This document shows, one piece after another, positions 1 to 13,534 of a stretch of 64,000 nt of DNA. The notes beneath the pieces are model-generated. The model did no database searches and was not told the origin of the DNA. It saw only the letters and a list, made by a program, of their open reading frames with translations. Location of the stretch: NCBI GenBank assembly GCA_013239625.1, contig MU053379.1, forward strand, positions 4,609,229 through 4,673,228. The letters are read 5' to 3'. The stretch's first letter is position 1, and every line of letters starts with the position of its first letter. A program made the translations under genes and the position numbers. This DNA is from Lama guanicoe (Eukaryota).

Positions 1-66
1 CAGCGGCCGGCGGACGAGGCCGGCCCCTTTCTACCTGGAAGGCACCGCAGTGAGGAGGCCACAGAG

Positions 67-3000
67 ATGGGAGCCGGATGTGGGGGGCACCCTCTGCTGC
101 TGCTGGTGGCCCTGGCCCTGGCGGCCAGGCTGGGCCGGCCTCAGAGGTGGGGCGGCTTCCAGGAGAAGTCCACGAGCGCGAAGAACATGAACTCCACGCT
201 GGCCTTCTACACGGACGCCTACAACAACAGGAGCAACGACTCCTACCTGTTCCGCGTGGACAAGCTGCTCCGAAGTCAGGTGCAGGTGAGCGGCCGGGCT
301 CCCGCTGTGGGGACGGGAGGACCCTGCAGGGTGGCCCGGCCCCGGAGCTGCCTGAGCACCGAGGGGCCGGCCGAGGCCGGGGGCCGGACTGTCACTCTGG
401 TCTGAGCAGACATGTGCCCTGAGCCTCACAGCGGCTCTTCCAGCGCTCGACTTGTCTTTCGCTCTGAAATGAGGTCCTGCCGAGGGACAGCCAGCCAGGA
501 CGGTTTTGTTTCCCCCGTTCGTCTCGTTTGGCAAAACACAGACGTTCTCTGCAGGCCCCTCTCAGCCGTGGTTCCCACGTCCAGGGCTGGAACATCCGCT
601 CGGGGACTTTCTGGCCGTGCCCCTCGGAAACCTGGGCTCACACAGAGGGCCTCCAGCCACGTTATGCGGGAGCCGGGAATTACCAAGGGATTCTGGGGAG
701 CAGGGAATCACGGGGCAGGGACAGGCTCCAACCAGATCATCTCTCCTGTTTCACATAGAAAGCTTCTCTGAAGGATAGTGTTTGAGGGATAACAGAGGAA
801 AGAAAAGCTGTTTAAAAGCCACTTTTGTTTGGTCCAACCTGCCGTCCAGTTTAGGCAGTAAGCCATGTATTAGAGCAGAGGCAATAACACAGCTTCATTC
901 AGTTAACTGGATTTGGAAAGATCACCTGGCTGGGAGAAAAGGGCCCGGCCTGAGAGCGGGGCAGTGGGCACAGAGAGCAGCAGAGGGGGTGGGCGGTGCC
1001 CGTGTGACACTGGTGGGCCTCATGGGGTGTGCACGGCAGCCTGCCCTGAGCCCCCGCTCCTGCTCAGGCGAGCCAGGGACACTGAGGACGCTTGGCCACA
1101 AGGTGGCGGCCGTCCACCGACGTTCTGCCCCTGTTGGCGTCTCCAGGGGCCTGCCGTGTGGACTGGGTCCATCACTAACAGCACCTAAGGCGGCTGCTTA
1201 CAAGCAGCTTCTGATGCCGTTCAGGCCGATCAGCGGTCAGAGGGGACGTGCCCCTTGCAGCGGGGTGACCCAGGGCGAGGGCCCCTGGGCCCCCGGCACC
1301 TGCTGCCCTGCGCCGGTGGGCGCGGAGGTGCACGCAGCGGGCCGGCTCCACTGGGCCCCTGGACCCCCTTCACCCGTGAAGACCCTTCACTGCCGTGATT
1401 GTTCCTGTTCCTGTTTAACGGCCAGTCTAACAACGAGGCAGCAGACACCTGGCACGCCGAAACGTCAGTGAAATCCACACCGATGCTCCGGCTTCCGTGT
1501 ATGTGCGGGTCACACGTGCTGATGTCAGGGTGGACCTCTTGGTCTGAGCCTTGCGGGCCGGATGGAGCTGCCCTTTGATGGACAGCCGGGCCCTGGTCCT
1601 GAGGTCTTTTTGGTGGACGCGGGACCAGGCCGGCGGTCCTGCCCTCAGGCCCCTCCCCCGCATGCTCTGCCTCGAGGTTTCTGGGGCTCTGTCCGCCCCC
1701 TCTGTCGCCACCACAGAGAGTGCCTGGTCTCCTCGCTGGTTCGACCACTGAGTCTGGGACAAGGCAGCGGGGCCCTCCCCCGAGTCTCTCCCCTCGCCAG
1801 GTGGATGATCCAGCGCACACGCTCACGTGGGGTCCATCTGTTGGCCTGTTCCTCCTGGGTTTGGGGCTTCCGGCCACAGGGGGCCTCCCCAGTGTCTCCC
1901 CATCTAGTCCTGGCAGCCTGGCACTCGGACATGGGAACAGGACCCAGCCCCCTGGGCCTGCACTCTCCGTGGGTGTGTGCACACCTGGGGAGGAATTGGT
2001 GCCACGCCACCCCGCCACCCATTTTCTAGGAAAGGGAGCTGAGACCCAGGAGGTGGACGGACCTGGTCCCGGGCCCAGGGCCAGGGGAAGTTCCTCCGTC
2101 TCCTGTTGTCCCCCACACCACTCACGCTGCCTCTGAGTGCTCTCCTGCGATTGGCTAAAACATGTCCTCATTCGTGGTCGTTGAGCTGATCGACAATTTG
2201 TTTTGCATGTTCAGTGGGTGCACACCTGGGCAGGCACTGGGAGAGGAGGAGCGCGTGAGGCGCACGGCCGCAGGGGCCCAGGAGGGGTGGGGAGTGTGCT
2301 CAGGTCAGCCCGGTCCCTACACCCAGGCCATCAGCTGTGGTGCCAGCTGCTCGGCCGTCAGGTCAGGTATGGCAGGAAGGACAGCAGGGAGGGGGGACAA
2401 GGTCATGGTTCCACGCATCCTGAGGACCATGCGTGCAGGCCAGGGCTACGATGGGTCCCGAGGAAGCAGGAGATGGTGAGAAGCCACCTGTGGCTGCAGC
2501 GGTGCGCTGGTCCAGAGCAAGGGACAGCTCCGCACGCTCTGGGCGCTGACGGGGCCTCGGCTGCCACCACGTATCCTCCAGCCGGGAGGGGAGGAGGGTG
2601 AGCCCCGGGACTCCTGGGCCTCCCTCTCATCCCAGCTCCGGGGTCAGAACTAACAGCTCTTTTCTGGGCAGCTGACCACAGGAGTGGAGTACCTGGTCAC
2701 CGTGAGGATCAGCCGGACCAAGTGCAAGAGGAATGACACAGGCACCCGCCCCTGCCCCGTCCAGAGCAAGAATAAGCTGAAGAAGGTACGCCCGCCTGCC
2801 CGCCCAGGAGCAGGGTCTGGAGTGGAGTGGATGGGGTGGCTGGGGCGGGGCGAGGGCTCAGCCCAGGGCTGGCATGGGGGGTGGGGACATGAGGAGGGAA
2901 GCCCTCTGACTGGGCCTCGCCCCACCCTGGGCGGCGCTGCGCTGGCCCCGGCCTCCGGCCACCAGTCCTCACCCACCTGGCCCTCTCCCCAGCCCTCAGG

Positions 3001-3535
3001 CGGGAGCAGAGCTTACTTCCCTCAGGGACCTTCTCTGGGTCTTGGTCAGCACCCCCAGGTCCCTGTGGATTGTCCAGTTGCCTCCCTATCTCCCAGCCTC
3101 TGCCCTCTTCCTGGTCCCTCCTGGTGGCACCCCCTGCCAGCTGGCAGGCCCAAAGGGCTCTCCCTGTCCCCAGGTGCAGGGGTGCCTCTCGGGGGATGCC
3201 TGCTCCGGCTCCTGAGTGGCTGGGCAGGGGAGCCTAGGATGACATTTCTGTGCTGGCCGACAGCCCCCCTTGCCCCAGCATGTGACAGTGAGCACATCCG
3301 GCCTTGCCCACGTGGTCACGTGGTCGTGTGGTCGGTGAGCAGCCTCAGAAGTGGGTCCGGACTCCCCCAGACTGCGGTGGGGGGCGGGGACTTCTGTCGC
3401 CTTCGGAAAACGTTTCCCTGAGAACTGATGGTCCGTCTTCTCTCTCCTCAGAGCTTCATTTGCGACTTTCTGGTGTACACTTTGCCCTGGCTGAACCATT
3501 ACCAGCTTTGGAACAACTCCTGTCTGGAGGCCTAA
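67..3535 (+). CDS. CSTL1: Cystatin-like 1, 138 aa; join(67..285,2672..2785,3452..3535)
   Basis: Exon 1 MGAGCGGHPLLLLVALALAARLGRPQRWGGFQEK...YNNRSNDSYLFRVDKLLRSQVQ|gtgag; exon 2 cag|LTTGVEYLVTVRISRTKCKRNDTGTRPCPVQSKNKLKK|gtacg; exon 3 cag|SFICDFLVYTLPWLNHYQLWNNSCLEA*. Signal peptide, 4 conserved Cys, PW motif, GT-AG phase-0 introns; closely resembles human CSTL1 as I recall it. Confidence 0.93.
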
Positions 3536-5529
3536 GTGCATGTGTGCAAAGTCTTTGATAAACCTCAGACGGCAGCACTGTGTGCTGTTTATTGTGGAAT
3601 CTGAAAGGCCCTGTGTGCCTGGTCAGGGTCTCCGCACACAGCCCCACTCGCACCTGGAGGCACGCTCACACGCGCCCACACGCGCAGGCCCACGGGGCAC
3701 GCACACACTCAGCACGCATTCGGGGGTCTTTGGGCGGCTGCTGCGGTTTGAGCAGGAGGCTGCTAATTCTTTGGGGGCCTGCTAACTTTCCCACCTCCAG
3801 CCCGTATCTCTGAGGCTGTTCCCGATTCAGGCACGTCCTGACTCCGGCCTGACCTTGGAGAGCCCCGTTTCTCCCCCGCACACGTCCAGCTCTGTGACTG
3901 ACTCCCAGGACCTGGCAGGCGCAGAGTCGTACTCAGGGCTGTGACCTACCGTGGTGAAGGACGCAGACAAACTGAGCAAAGGGAGGAGGCCAGCAGGGAG
4001 GAGACGTCCGGGGCACAGCACGGGGTTCTGGGTCCCCTCCCAGGGCAGCCACCCAGGACGCGCCTCAGTCCTCCAGGAGTCAGGTGAAATGTTTGCCAGG
4101 GATGCTCCTCGGGGCTCAGTGTCCCGGGGTTTCCCTGGAGCTGCTCACACAGGCACCCTCTGTCCAGTGTGGACCGAAATGGCAGGTTCTGGAAGGAAAG
4201 CAGGTGCTGAGCGTCAGTCCTGGTGTTTGCACAGCATGGACCCAGTGAGGCCCCGATCACTTAGGGGAAGATTTAGAGCCACGTCAGGAACTGTTTACCA
4301 TCCTAGCTCCTGGGTTCCGGCCAAGGCCAACTGTGCAAGCAGGCCTCTCCGAGGACCCGGTCTTGGGCTGGCTGCGGGATCTCTCCTTGAGCCTCAGACA
4401 TGCTCACCGCTGGTGGCATCTTCCCTCACATAACTCATAGTCTGGCAGAAAGATGCACCCTGGACCACAAATGGGGAGCGGCTGTGGGCTGTGAGCTGCC
4501 CCCAGACCAGCTGGTCCCTCCCCGGGGCCTGGTCCCACCAGCACAGTCAGACCAGCCATCTGAGAGAGAGTTTCCAAAGGGGAGGAGTGGACACCGCAGG
4601 AAGTGCAGGTCTCCCCAAGAGCCCTGGGGCAGAGGGGAGGATGGAGGGAAAGGGTCAAAGGCGGTGAAATTCTCCTGCCAGCAACACAGAAGCACCCAGC
4701 TCTGAAAGTCTGATGTCGCTGGGGGCTGCCTGCGCCTGCATGGCCTGCCACCCCCACTGCCTCCCTCGGTCCACGTGACAACCCGATGAAAGAGTGGTTT
4801 ACGTCCACGTCACCGGTGCGGAGCTTCAAGGGTAACCTCTGTCGGATCGCAGCCGAGCGCAGCCCACTGGCTGAAGTCTTAGAAGTGGACCCCCACAGTC
4901 ACAGTCTTCTGTCTCTGGCTTCTGTCTCACGAGAGTTTCTGAATCCATCCGCGTACCGTGCACTGTGGCTCACGCGTAGGGCTGTGTAGGTTTCCCTCGT
5001 GTGAGCCTACTGTGACTCACCATCCATTCTACTGGGGGCCGGCCTGTGGCTGGTTTCCAGCTTTTGACAAGAAGAGCATTAAGAACAACCTGCATGGTCC
5101 CGTCTGAGAGGGGACAGGTGCACGCGTCTCCGCTGGGACGGCCCTGAGAGTGGAGTCGGTGGATGACACGACGTGTGTGTGTTCAGCCTTCAGCTAATTT
5201 ACTCAAGACCTTTGAACATTTTCTAATTATTTGATCTATGTCTGTCAGTTACTTCATTATTGATTGACATCCGCTCAAAGTCTGACTTCTTTTTTTATCT
5301 TTTATTCATATGGCCACATGGCTTCATTTCTGTCTTTATTTTATGTAGTTTTATATTGACACTCTCACCTTTTTCATACCATTTTCCCAAACTTTATGAC
5401 TTTGCTTTGAGGTTTCAAGGCGAGCTCTCCCCTCCCCACCCCACCCACCCTCCTTGCGTTTTCATAAACACAACTAGGAAGGCAGGTCTGGGGCAGGCAC
5501 CTGTGACAGGAGTGGGGAGGCAGGCCCTG

Positions 5530-5835
5530 ACCTCTGAGAGACCAAGACAGGTCTCCTTATCAGAGAGAGGCAGAGAGGGCTTGGCAGAGACGTGTGGAGG
5601 ATGAGGCACGTGGAGACGGAGGCAGCGATGGGGTCGTGTGACCACAGCCCGCAGCGCCAGTGGCCACCAGAGTCGGGAGGAGGCAAGGAACAGATTCCAG
5701 CCCAGAGCCTCCGGGAGGAGCCCGGCCCGGCCGACACCTCTGAGCTCAGGCTCACGGCCCCAGAACTGTGGGAAACACACTTCTGCAGCTTTAAGCCACC
5801 AAGCTGGCCGCCTGTTACAGCAGCTGCAGCAGCTC
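5530..5835 (+). mobile_element. MaLR LTR (MLT1-like) fragment
   Basis: Characteristic MLT1 motifs: gaggcaaggaacagattcc...cagagcct, ggccgacacct, ccagaactgtggga, tttaagccacc, tgttacagcagc. Boundaries approximate. Confidence 0.7.
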
Positions 5836-6389
5836 ATGCCCTGGGTCGTCTTCTTGCTTCGTCCACCTCAGACTTGGGGGTGAAGAAGCTGCTAGCATTT
5901 TGCCTAACGTGTAGACAAAGACGCCCCAACCAGAGCTCGCTCTCTGCCGTCCAAGGGCCAGGAGGGGGGCGGCCCTGCAGGACAGGAAACACTGGGGCAG
6001 CAACGGCTGTGCCCCAGCCAGCTCCGCAGGAGGAGGGGAGGGTCCACGGCCCCGGCCGAGCCGAGGCCGAGCCGGGCGCCTGAACTTTCAGCCCCTCGGG
6101 ACCGCGACCAGGAGCCTGACACCACGCGGGTGAGGTGTCAGAGACGGCCGGCAGGACTGCCATCCCTGCTGGGGGCCGCCAGCCCCCCACCACCTGTGCG
6201 GATAGAGAAACCTCCTGGAGAGTCTGGAGTTTGGTTTCTCCCCATGGCGGGGGTATCAGAGGAGGCAGTGGGGAGCACAGGCCTGGGGGAGCCCGAACTC
6301 CACCCATGTCCAGTGTGGTGGGAGCCCCAGCCTGGGTCAACAAGCCACATGGGGACCTGGGCTCCCCCCACCAGGGCCCTGTCAGAGGG

Positions 6390-7980
6390 GCTTGCTAGAA
6401 GACAGAGAAAGACAATCCAGAGTTATCATACGAACATGTCCAGGTTTTAACAGAAAATCACCTGTCCTGCTAAGAGCCAGGACAGTTTCAGCTTACACAC
6501 GAGAAGAGGCAGTGAGCAGGTGCTCACGTAGAGATGACGCAGACGTCAAAATCATCGGATGGAGGCTGCAAGGCAGCCGTCATGGAAATGTTACAACGAG
6601 CCATTATAAACCCACTTCAAGCAAATGAACACGCAGAAAGTCTCAGCAAACGTGAAGAAACTCGGCCAAGGAAGAGGAGCTACAAAGAAACCAACGGAAA
6701 TCTTAGAACTGAAAAGTGCAGTAACGGGGATGAGACCGCGTGAGGGGGCCCCCCAGGGGAATGGCGGAAAAGGGGTGAGAGTGACCTGACTGCAGAGAGA
6801 GCAATGGGGACCAGCCGCTCGGAGCCACAGTGAGGCCAGCACAAAAGGTCTAACCCAGCGAGCCCGGAAGGAGAGGAGAGAGAGGGCTGAAAACCTGAAG
6901 AAGCCATGGCTGAGGACCTCCCCACTGCGGCAAAGGGCCTCGACATGAGATTTGAGACACTGCTGGAATTCTAAATATGACTAAACCGAGGAAGTCCACA
7001 CCCAGGCACGGGAGGGTCAGACTTCTGAAAATTAAAGACAAAGAAAAAAATCTTGAGAGCCATGAGAGAGAAAAGATGCCTTATCACTGAGAAAAGAAGA
7101 AACCGAATTGGAGCGGCCACAGATCTCTCACCATAAACCGTGGGGGCCAGAAGTGGCATAACACTTTCCAGGTGCTGAAAGGAAAAAAAAAACTGTCTGC
7201 CCAGAATCCTATGTCCACCTAAAATATCGTTTAGGAGCGAAGGGGAAATCAAGTCATTCTCAGGTGGAGGGAGATGAAGAGAATTTGCCCCAGAAGCTCC
7301 GCCCGCGAAGAATTGGTAAGAGCTCTCTAGATGGAGAGGGCTCTGTGAAAGGGAGACTCGTAAAATGTCAGAAAGAAGACCCTTAAAAAGTAAAACTTTT
7401 AGTAAATGCAATAGGCCTTCCTTCCTGTGAGTTTGTAGACTATGTTTGATGGTTAAGGCGAAGATCAGATCATTGATGTGGTTCCTGATGTATGTAGAAG
7501 AAACAGTTCGGACGCCCGGAAACAAGGGCAGACAAAGGGAGGGAAACGGCCACACGACTGGTAGAACACTGACCCCGCAGTCCGAGGCGCACGCCCGTGA
7601 TGGGACCTCCAGGCCGACAACGGGAAGGCTGTGCAGAGACACGTAGACACAGTGCAGGCCCACAAAAGCAAAACCCTGAAAAACGTTCAAGTAACTCACA
7701 GGAAGAATAAAGAAAACAGAAATAAAAAGCAGAGAGGACAGAAAACAAAGAGCAAAATGGACTTAAGCTCTGACGTGTTAATAATTCCATGAACGGCACA
7801 TACAAACTGCGTGTAGACTGTCTAAACACACTGATTAAAAGACAGACATCGATAGTGAATTTAAAAAGTGGCCCAACTATGCACCGTCAACAAGAAACTC
7901 CCTTCAAATATAATGGTGTAGGTAGGCTGAAGGTAAAAACATGAAAAGTTACATTATGCAAACACTCATTGAAAGCAGCG
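6390..7980 (+). mobile_element. Old degenerate L1 (ORF1 / ORF2-start region), interrupted by a younger L1
   Basis: A-rich, L1-like ORF1 relics (aagtccacacccaggcac, cagatctctcaccataaacc, cccagaatcctatgtcc) and endonuclease-start relics (ccaactatgcaccgtcaacaagaaactc); sequence resumes at ~9979 (gaaagcaggagaggctatatta). Confidence 0.6.
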
Positions 7981-8016
7981 TTAATATCCTGCTTTCTGTA
8001 TATTAATATATTAATA

Positions 8017-9976
8017 CCAGGAATGTGTTGCATTTCTATACACTAACAAGGACATATCAGAAAAAGAAATTAAGAAAACAATCTCACTTACCATCACATC
8101 AAAAAGAATTAAATACTTAGGAATATAATCTACCTAAGTCGGCAAAAGACCTGTACTCTGAAAACTATAAGACACTGACGAAAGAAATTGAAGACGACAT
8201 AAACAGATGGAAACATACACCGTGCTCTAGGACTGGAAGAATCAATAGTGTTAAAATGGCCACACTACCCAAGGCAATCTACAGACTCAGTGCAGTCCCT
8301 GTCAAACTAACAATGGCATTGTTCACAGAACCTAAACAAAAAATTGTTAAATTTGCGTGGAAATACAGAAGAATCCAAACAGCCAAGACAGTCTTGAGAA
8401 AGAACGGAGCTGGAAGAATCTGACTTCAGACTGTGCTGCAAAGACGCAGCAATCAAAACAACACGGTGCTGGCACAAGCACAGACCCACAGGTCAACGGA
8501 ACAGCATAGAAAGACCAGAAATGAGCCTGTGCGCTTTGGTTAACTGATCTCTGACAAAGGAGGTAAGAACAGCAATGGAGAAAAGACAGTCTCTTTGGTA
8601 AGTGGCGCTGGGAAAACTGGACAGCTGCCTGTAAAAGACTGAAATTAGAACATTCTCTAACACCATATGCAAAAATAAACTCAAAATGGATTAAAGACTT
8701 AGATGTAAAACCAGATACTATAAAACTCCTAGAGGAAAACATATGTAGAACACACTTTGATGTAAATCACAGCAATATTTTTTCCCATCTGTCTCCTAGA
8801 GTAATGGGAATAAAAGCAAAAATAAACAAATGGGACCTAACTAAACCTAAAAACTTTTGCACAGCAAAGGAAACCATAAACAGAATGAAAAGACCACCTA
8901 TGGAACGGGAGAAAATGCATGCAAACGATGCAACCAAGGGACTAATTTCCAAAATAAACAAACAGCTCACACAACTTAATGTCAAAAAAAACCAAACAAC
9001 CCAAACAAAAAATGGATAGAAGACCTAAATAGATATTTCTCCAAGGAAGATATACAAATGGACAACAGGCACATGAAAAGGTGCTCAACATTACTAATCA
9101 ACAGAGAAATACAAGTCAAAACTACAATGAGGTATCACCTCACACCAGGCAGAATGGCCATCATTCAAAAGTCCACAAATGACAAATGCTGGAGAGGCTG
9201 TGGAGAAAGGGAACCCTCCTTCACTGCTGGTGGGAATGTAGCTTGGTGCAGCCACTATGGAGGACAGCATGGAGATCCCTTAAAAAACTGAAAATAGACT
9301 TACCATGTGATCCAGCAATCCCACTTCTGGGCAAATATCTGGAGAAAACTATGATTCAAAAGATACATGCACCCTAATGTTCATAACAGCACTATTTGCA
9401 ATAGCCAAGATATGGGACCAACCTAAATGTCCATCAACAGATGACTGGATGGAGAAGATGTGGCATACATATTATATATAATGGCATACATATTATATAT
9501 AATATATATATAATTATATATAATATATAATGGAATATTACTCAGCCATAAAAAGGAGTGAAATACTGCTATTTGCAGCAACATGGATGGACCTAGAGAT
9601 GATCATACTAAGTGGAGTAAGTCAGACAGAGAAAGACAAATGTCAAGTGGTATCACTCATATGCGGAATCTAAAGTGATACAAGTGAACTTATATACAAG
9701 CCAGAAATTGGCTCACAGACATGAAAACAAATTATGGTCACCAAAGGGAAAAGGGTTTGGGGGAGGGATAAATCAGGAGTCTGGCGTTAGCACATACACA
9801 CTACTATGTATAAAATAGATGAAAAACAAGGATTTACTGCACAGCAGTAATAACCTATAATGGAAAAGAATTTGCAAAAGAATATATGTATGTATATGGA
9901 TAACTGAATCACTTTGCTGTACACCTGAAACTAACACAACATTGTAAATCAATTATTACTTTTTAAAAAAAAAAAA
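8017..9976 (+). mobile_element. 5'-truncated L1 (ORF2 C-terminal part, 3' UTR, poly-A), cetartiodactyl-type
   Basis: ORF2 relics ([76 protein letters not shown]) broken by stops/frameshifts; 3' end gaatcactttgctgtacacctgaaactaacacaacattgtaaatc then A-tract; candidate TSD gaaagcag at 7971-7978 and 9979-9986. Confidence 0.92.
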
Positions 9977-10069
9977 GAGAAAGCAGGAGAGGCTATATTA
10001 AAATTGGATAAAGTTGATCTTGGAGCAAAGAACATCTCCAGTGATAAAGACCAACATTTTGATACATCC

Positions 10070-10745
10070 ACTCTGGAAAACAGTTCGCCAGTTTCTTTTT
10101 TAAAAAATCCATAATTAAACTTTACCGTGTAACTCAGAAATGGCATTCCCGGGCCTTTAACCTAGAGAAAGGAAACTTAAGTCCACACACAAACCTCTAC
10201 ATGCTTGTTCACAGAGGCTTCATCTGCAACAGCCTCAAACTTGAAAACGACGAGCACCCCTAGCAATGGGTGAACAGTGAAGCCCTGGTGTGTGGTGCAC
10301 TGTGGAATACTACTCAGTGGTCAAGAGGGACAAACTACTGATGCACGAAACAGCTTGCATGGATCCCAAGGGCACCCGACCAGTCTCAGGAGGTCACACG
10401 CTGTGTGATTCCATCTATGCAACGTGTTTGAATTGACAATTTGAAAGACAGCGAATAGACTGGAGGCTGCCGGGAGTCTGAGATGATGCAGGGAAGGGGC
10501 TGCGGCCTCAGGGAGCAGAGCATCTTCCAGGTGATGGAATAGTTCTGTGCCTTGATGGTGGTGGTGGCTGCGCAAATCTACACGTATGACAAAATGACAC
10601 GCACACACCGTGTACTGGTGTCAATTTCCTGGTTGTGGTATTTTTCTATAATTACAACGATGCAACCATGGAGGGGTCAGCTGAGAGGTACTGGAGGGTA
10701 CAAGATACTTCCTGTGAATCTAGTTATTTCAAGATAAACATTTTG
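10070..10745 (+). mobile_element. Old L1M (L1MC/L1MD-like) 3' fragment
   Basis: ctctggaaaacagtt..., tggaatactactcag, gtgatggaatagttctgtgccttgat motifs typical of ancient L1 3' ends. Confidence 0.6.
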
Positions 10746-11034
10746 AAAATCTACTGCGCTGAGAAATCCAAGATCAGTGACTGCCTTCCCTTTGCTCTCC
10801 GCCCCCACCCTCACCCCCAGACGGAGTGGCTGGGAAGCCGGAAGAGAGTCGCGTGGCCGGTGAGCACTAAACCGCACTGCCACGTGCGGCCGGTGTTCCT
10901 GCTGGCCACTGACGCTGGTTTGAATGTTTGCTTGGTGCTGGGTGCGTGTCGGGCAACTTACGTGCATTACCCTCATTCATCGTTATCGCTGTGCTGGGAA
11001 CAGGTGTCATCCAGCTGAAGATGAGGGAATTGTC

Positions 11035-11100
11035 GGGGGTGGCTGTAGCTCGGCCTGCACCGGGCCCTGGGCTCAATCCCCAGTACCTCTATTAAAATAA
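11035..11100 (+). mobile_element. vic-1-like SINE fragment (internally deleted)
   Basis: gtagctc...tgcaccgggccctgggctcaatccccagtacctctattaaaataa matches the tRNA-derived SINE copies at 34011 and 36851. Confidence 0.55.
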
Positions 11101-12885
11101 TAGAGGGCCACGAGCTCGCCCCTCCTCGCGACGTCAACGGAACCACAACCGACTGCTAAACAACCATCAAAAAGACTGGAACCTGCAAGGAAGATCTGCA
11201 ACTGGAAACATAAGGAGGGAACCGCAGCAGGACGGTAGGAAGGGCGTGCTCACGATGTAATTGGGCCCCATGCACCCCGGGTGGGTGACCCACAAGCTGA
11301 AGATCTGTCAAGTCGCAGAGGCCCTCCCACAGGAGTGAGAGCTCTGAGCCCCAGCTCGGGTCCCGGCACTGGGAAGGAAGGAGACTCCAGGGCATCTGGT
11401 TTTGAAGGCCAGGGGGACTTGGCTCTGGGAGCCTCACGGGCCTGGGGGAAACGGAGACGCCATTCACTTGGGAAGCACACACGGAAACTCACATGCACCA
11501 GGTCCAAGGGCAGAGGCAGTGACTTCACAGGAACCTGGGCCAGACCTGCCTGCTGGATTTGGAGGGTCTCCCCTGGGGACGTGGGGGACGGCTGTGGCTC
11601 ACTCAGGGGACATAAAAGCTGGTGGCGGACATTCCGGGGGTGTTCCTCTACATGAGCTTTCCTGGAGGCTGACATCTCGATTGGATCATTAGCACCAAGA
11701 CCCAGCCCCACCCATCAGCAGACCTCCTGAGCCACAAAGGCCTCTAGACACAGCCCACCCACCAGAGGTCCAGGACTGAGCTTCACCCAGCAGTGGGCAG
11801 GCACCAGCTTCTCTTGCCAGGAGCCCTGCATAAGCCTCTAGTCCAGCCTCATCCACCAGGGCAGATACCAGAAATAAGAAAACAACAACCCCAAAGCCTG
11901 TGGAAGGAATCCACACACACATAGAAAGAAAGACAATACGAGGTGGCAAAGGAATATCTCCCAGGCCAAGGCACAGGATAAAATCCCAGAAGAAGAAGAA
12001 ATAAGCGAGGAGGAGGTAGATAATTTATCTGAGAAAGAGTTTAGAGTAATGATGGCCAAGATGATCAGAGAACTCAAGAGGAGTATAGATGCACAGAGTG
12101 AAATTTTTAGCAAAGAGTTGGAAAATATAAAGAACACCCAAACAGAGGTGAAGAACAAAATCACTGAAATGAACAACACACTAGAAGGAACCAAAATGAA
12201 ACTAAATGAGGCAGAAGAACAGATCAGTGAGCCAGCAGACAGATTAGTGGAAATCACTACTGCAGAACAGAAAAAAGGGAAAAGAATAAAAAGGAATGAG
12301 GATAGTTTAAGAGAACTCTGGGACAACATGAAGCACTCTAATATTTGCATTATGGGGGTCCCTGGAAGAGAAGAGAAGAGAGAAAAGACCTGAGAAAATC
12401 TGGGGGGAGATAATCACTGAAAACTTCCCCAACTTGGGAAAGGACACAGTCACCCAAGTCCAGGAAGCACAGAGAGTTCCACACAGGATCAACCCAGAGA
12501 GGGACACACCAAGGCACATGGTCATCAAACTGACAATTAAAGATAAGGAAAAAATATTAAAATTAGCGAGAGAAAAGCAACAAATAACATACAAGGCAAC
12601 TCCCATAAGGTTATCAGTTGATTTCTCAGCAGAAACTCTACAAGCCAGAGGGGAGCCCACGATATATTTAAAGTGATTCAAGGGGAAACTTACAACCAAG
12701 AACATTCTGTCCAGCAAGGCTCTCGTTCAGACTTGACGGAGAAATCAAAAGCTTCACAGATAAACAAAAGCTAAAAGATTCCAGCACCACCAAGCCAGCT
12801 TTACAACAAATGCTCAAGGACCTTCTCTAGTTATCAAACCATAAGAAAAGAGAAAAGAAGAAAGAGAAAAAAAAAAGAGAGAAAG
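11101..12885 (+). mobile_element. L1 5' UTR plus disrupted ORF1
   Basis: ORF1p relics: NKITEMNNTLEG...EAEEQISE...NEDSLRELWDNMKHSNICIMGVP (12049-12393) and TQVQEAQRVPHRINP...IRLSVDFSAETLQAR (12434-12676); frameshifted; GC-rich 5' UTR upstream. Confidence 0.88.
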
Positions 12886-12891
12886 ATCTAC

Positions 12892-13420
12892 AAATATCGC
12901 TTTGGCTGTTTGGGGTCTTTTGTGGTTCCTTATACATTTTGGAATTGTCTGTCCTAGTTCTGTGAGGAATGTTGCAAGTACTCTGATGGGGGTTGTGTTG
13001 GATCTGTGGGTTGCTTTGGGTGGTGTGGCCGTTTTGATAGTGTTGATTCTTCCAATGCAAGAGCACAAGAAATCTTTCCACTTCTCTGTGTCATTTCAGC
13101 TTTCAGAGTACAGGTAACCTCCTTGGTTAGGTTTATTTCCAGGTATTTTGTTGTTTTTGATGTAATGGAAATGTCTCTGCCAGTTTTAAAATTCTGGTTT
13201 TTGAACTGAAAAAAAAGTGAATGAAGGGCCACAAATGGCAAAATATCCTTCTTTCTTATGGGTGAGCTGGATTCCATTCCGTATATATATATACACACAC
13301 ACACTGCATCTCCGTTGTCTGTTCATCTATTGATGTGCACTTGGGATGCTTCCATATCTTGGCAATTATAAATAATGTTGCTGTGAATAGTGGGGTGTAT
13401 GTATCTTTCGGAATTAATTC
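12892..13420 (-). mobile_element. L1 ORF2 / 3'-end fragments in reverse orientation
   Basis: Minus-strand translations KYLEINLTKEV, IGRINTIK...PKATHR...FLTELGQTIPKCIRNHKRPQTAKAI and MESSSPIRKKDILPFVA are L1 ORF2-like. Confidence 0.8.
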
Positions 13421-13534
13421 TTATTTTGTGGTTGGCTTTATTCCTTTGATAACTATGTAAGTTTAAAAAGCTAAAGCTCTAAACGCTCTTGGAAACAATG
13501 AACAGTACATATGTATAAATTAAAAGATGTGTGT

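Noticed and set aside
8017..12885. Active L1 coding capacity
   Set aside because: ORF1 and ORF2 relics are fragmented by stops and frameshifts and belong to separate insertions.
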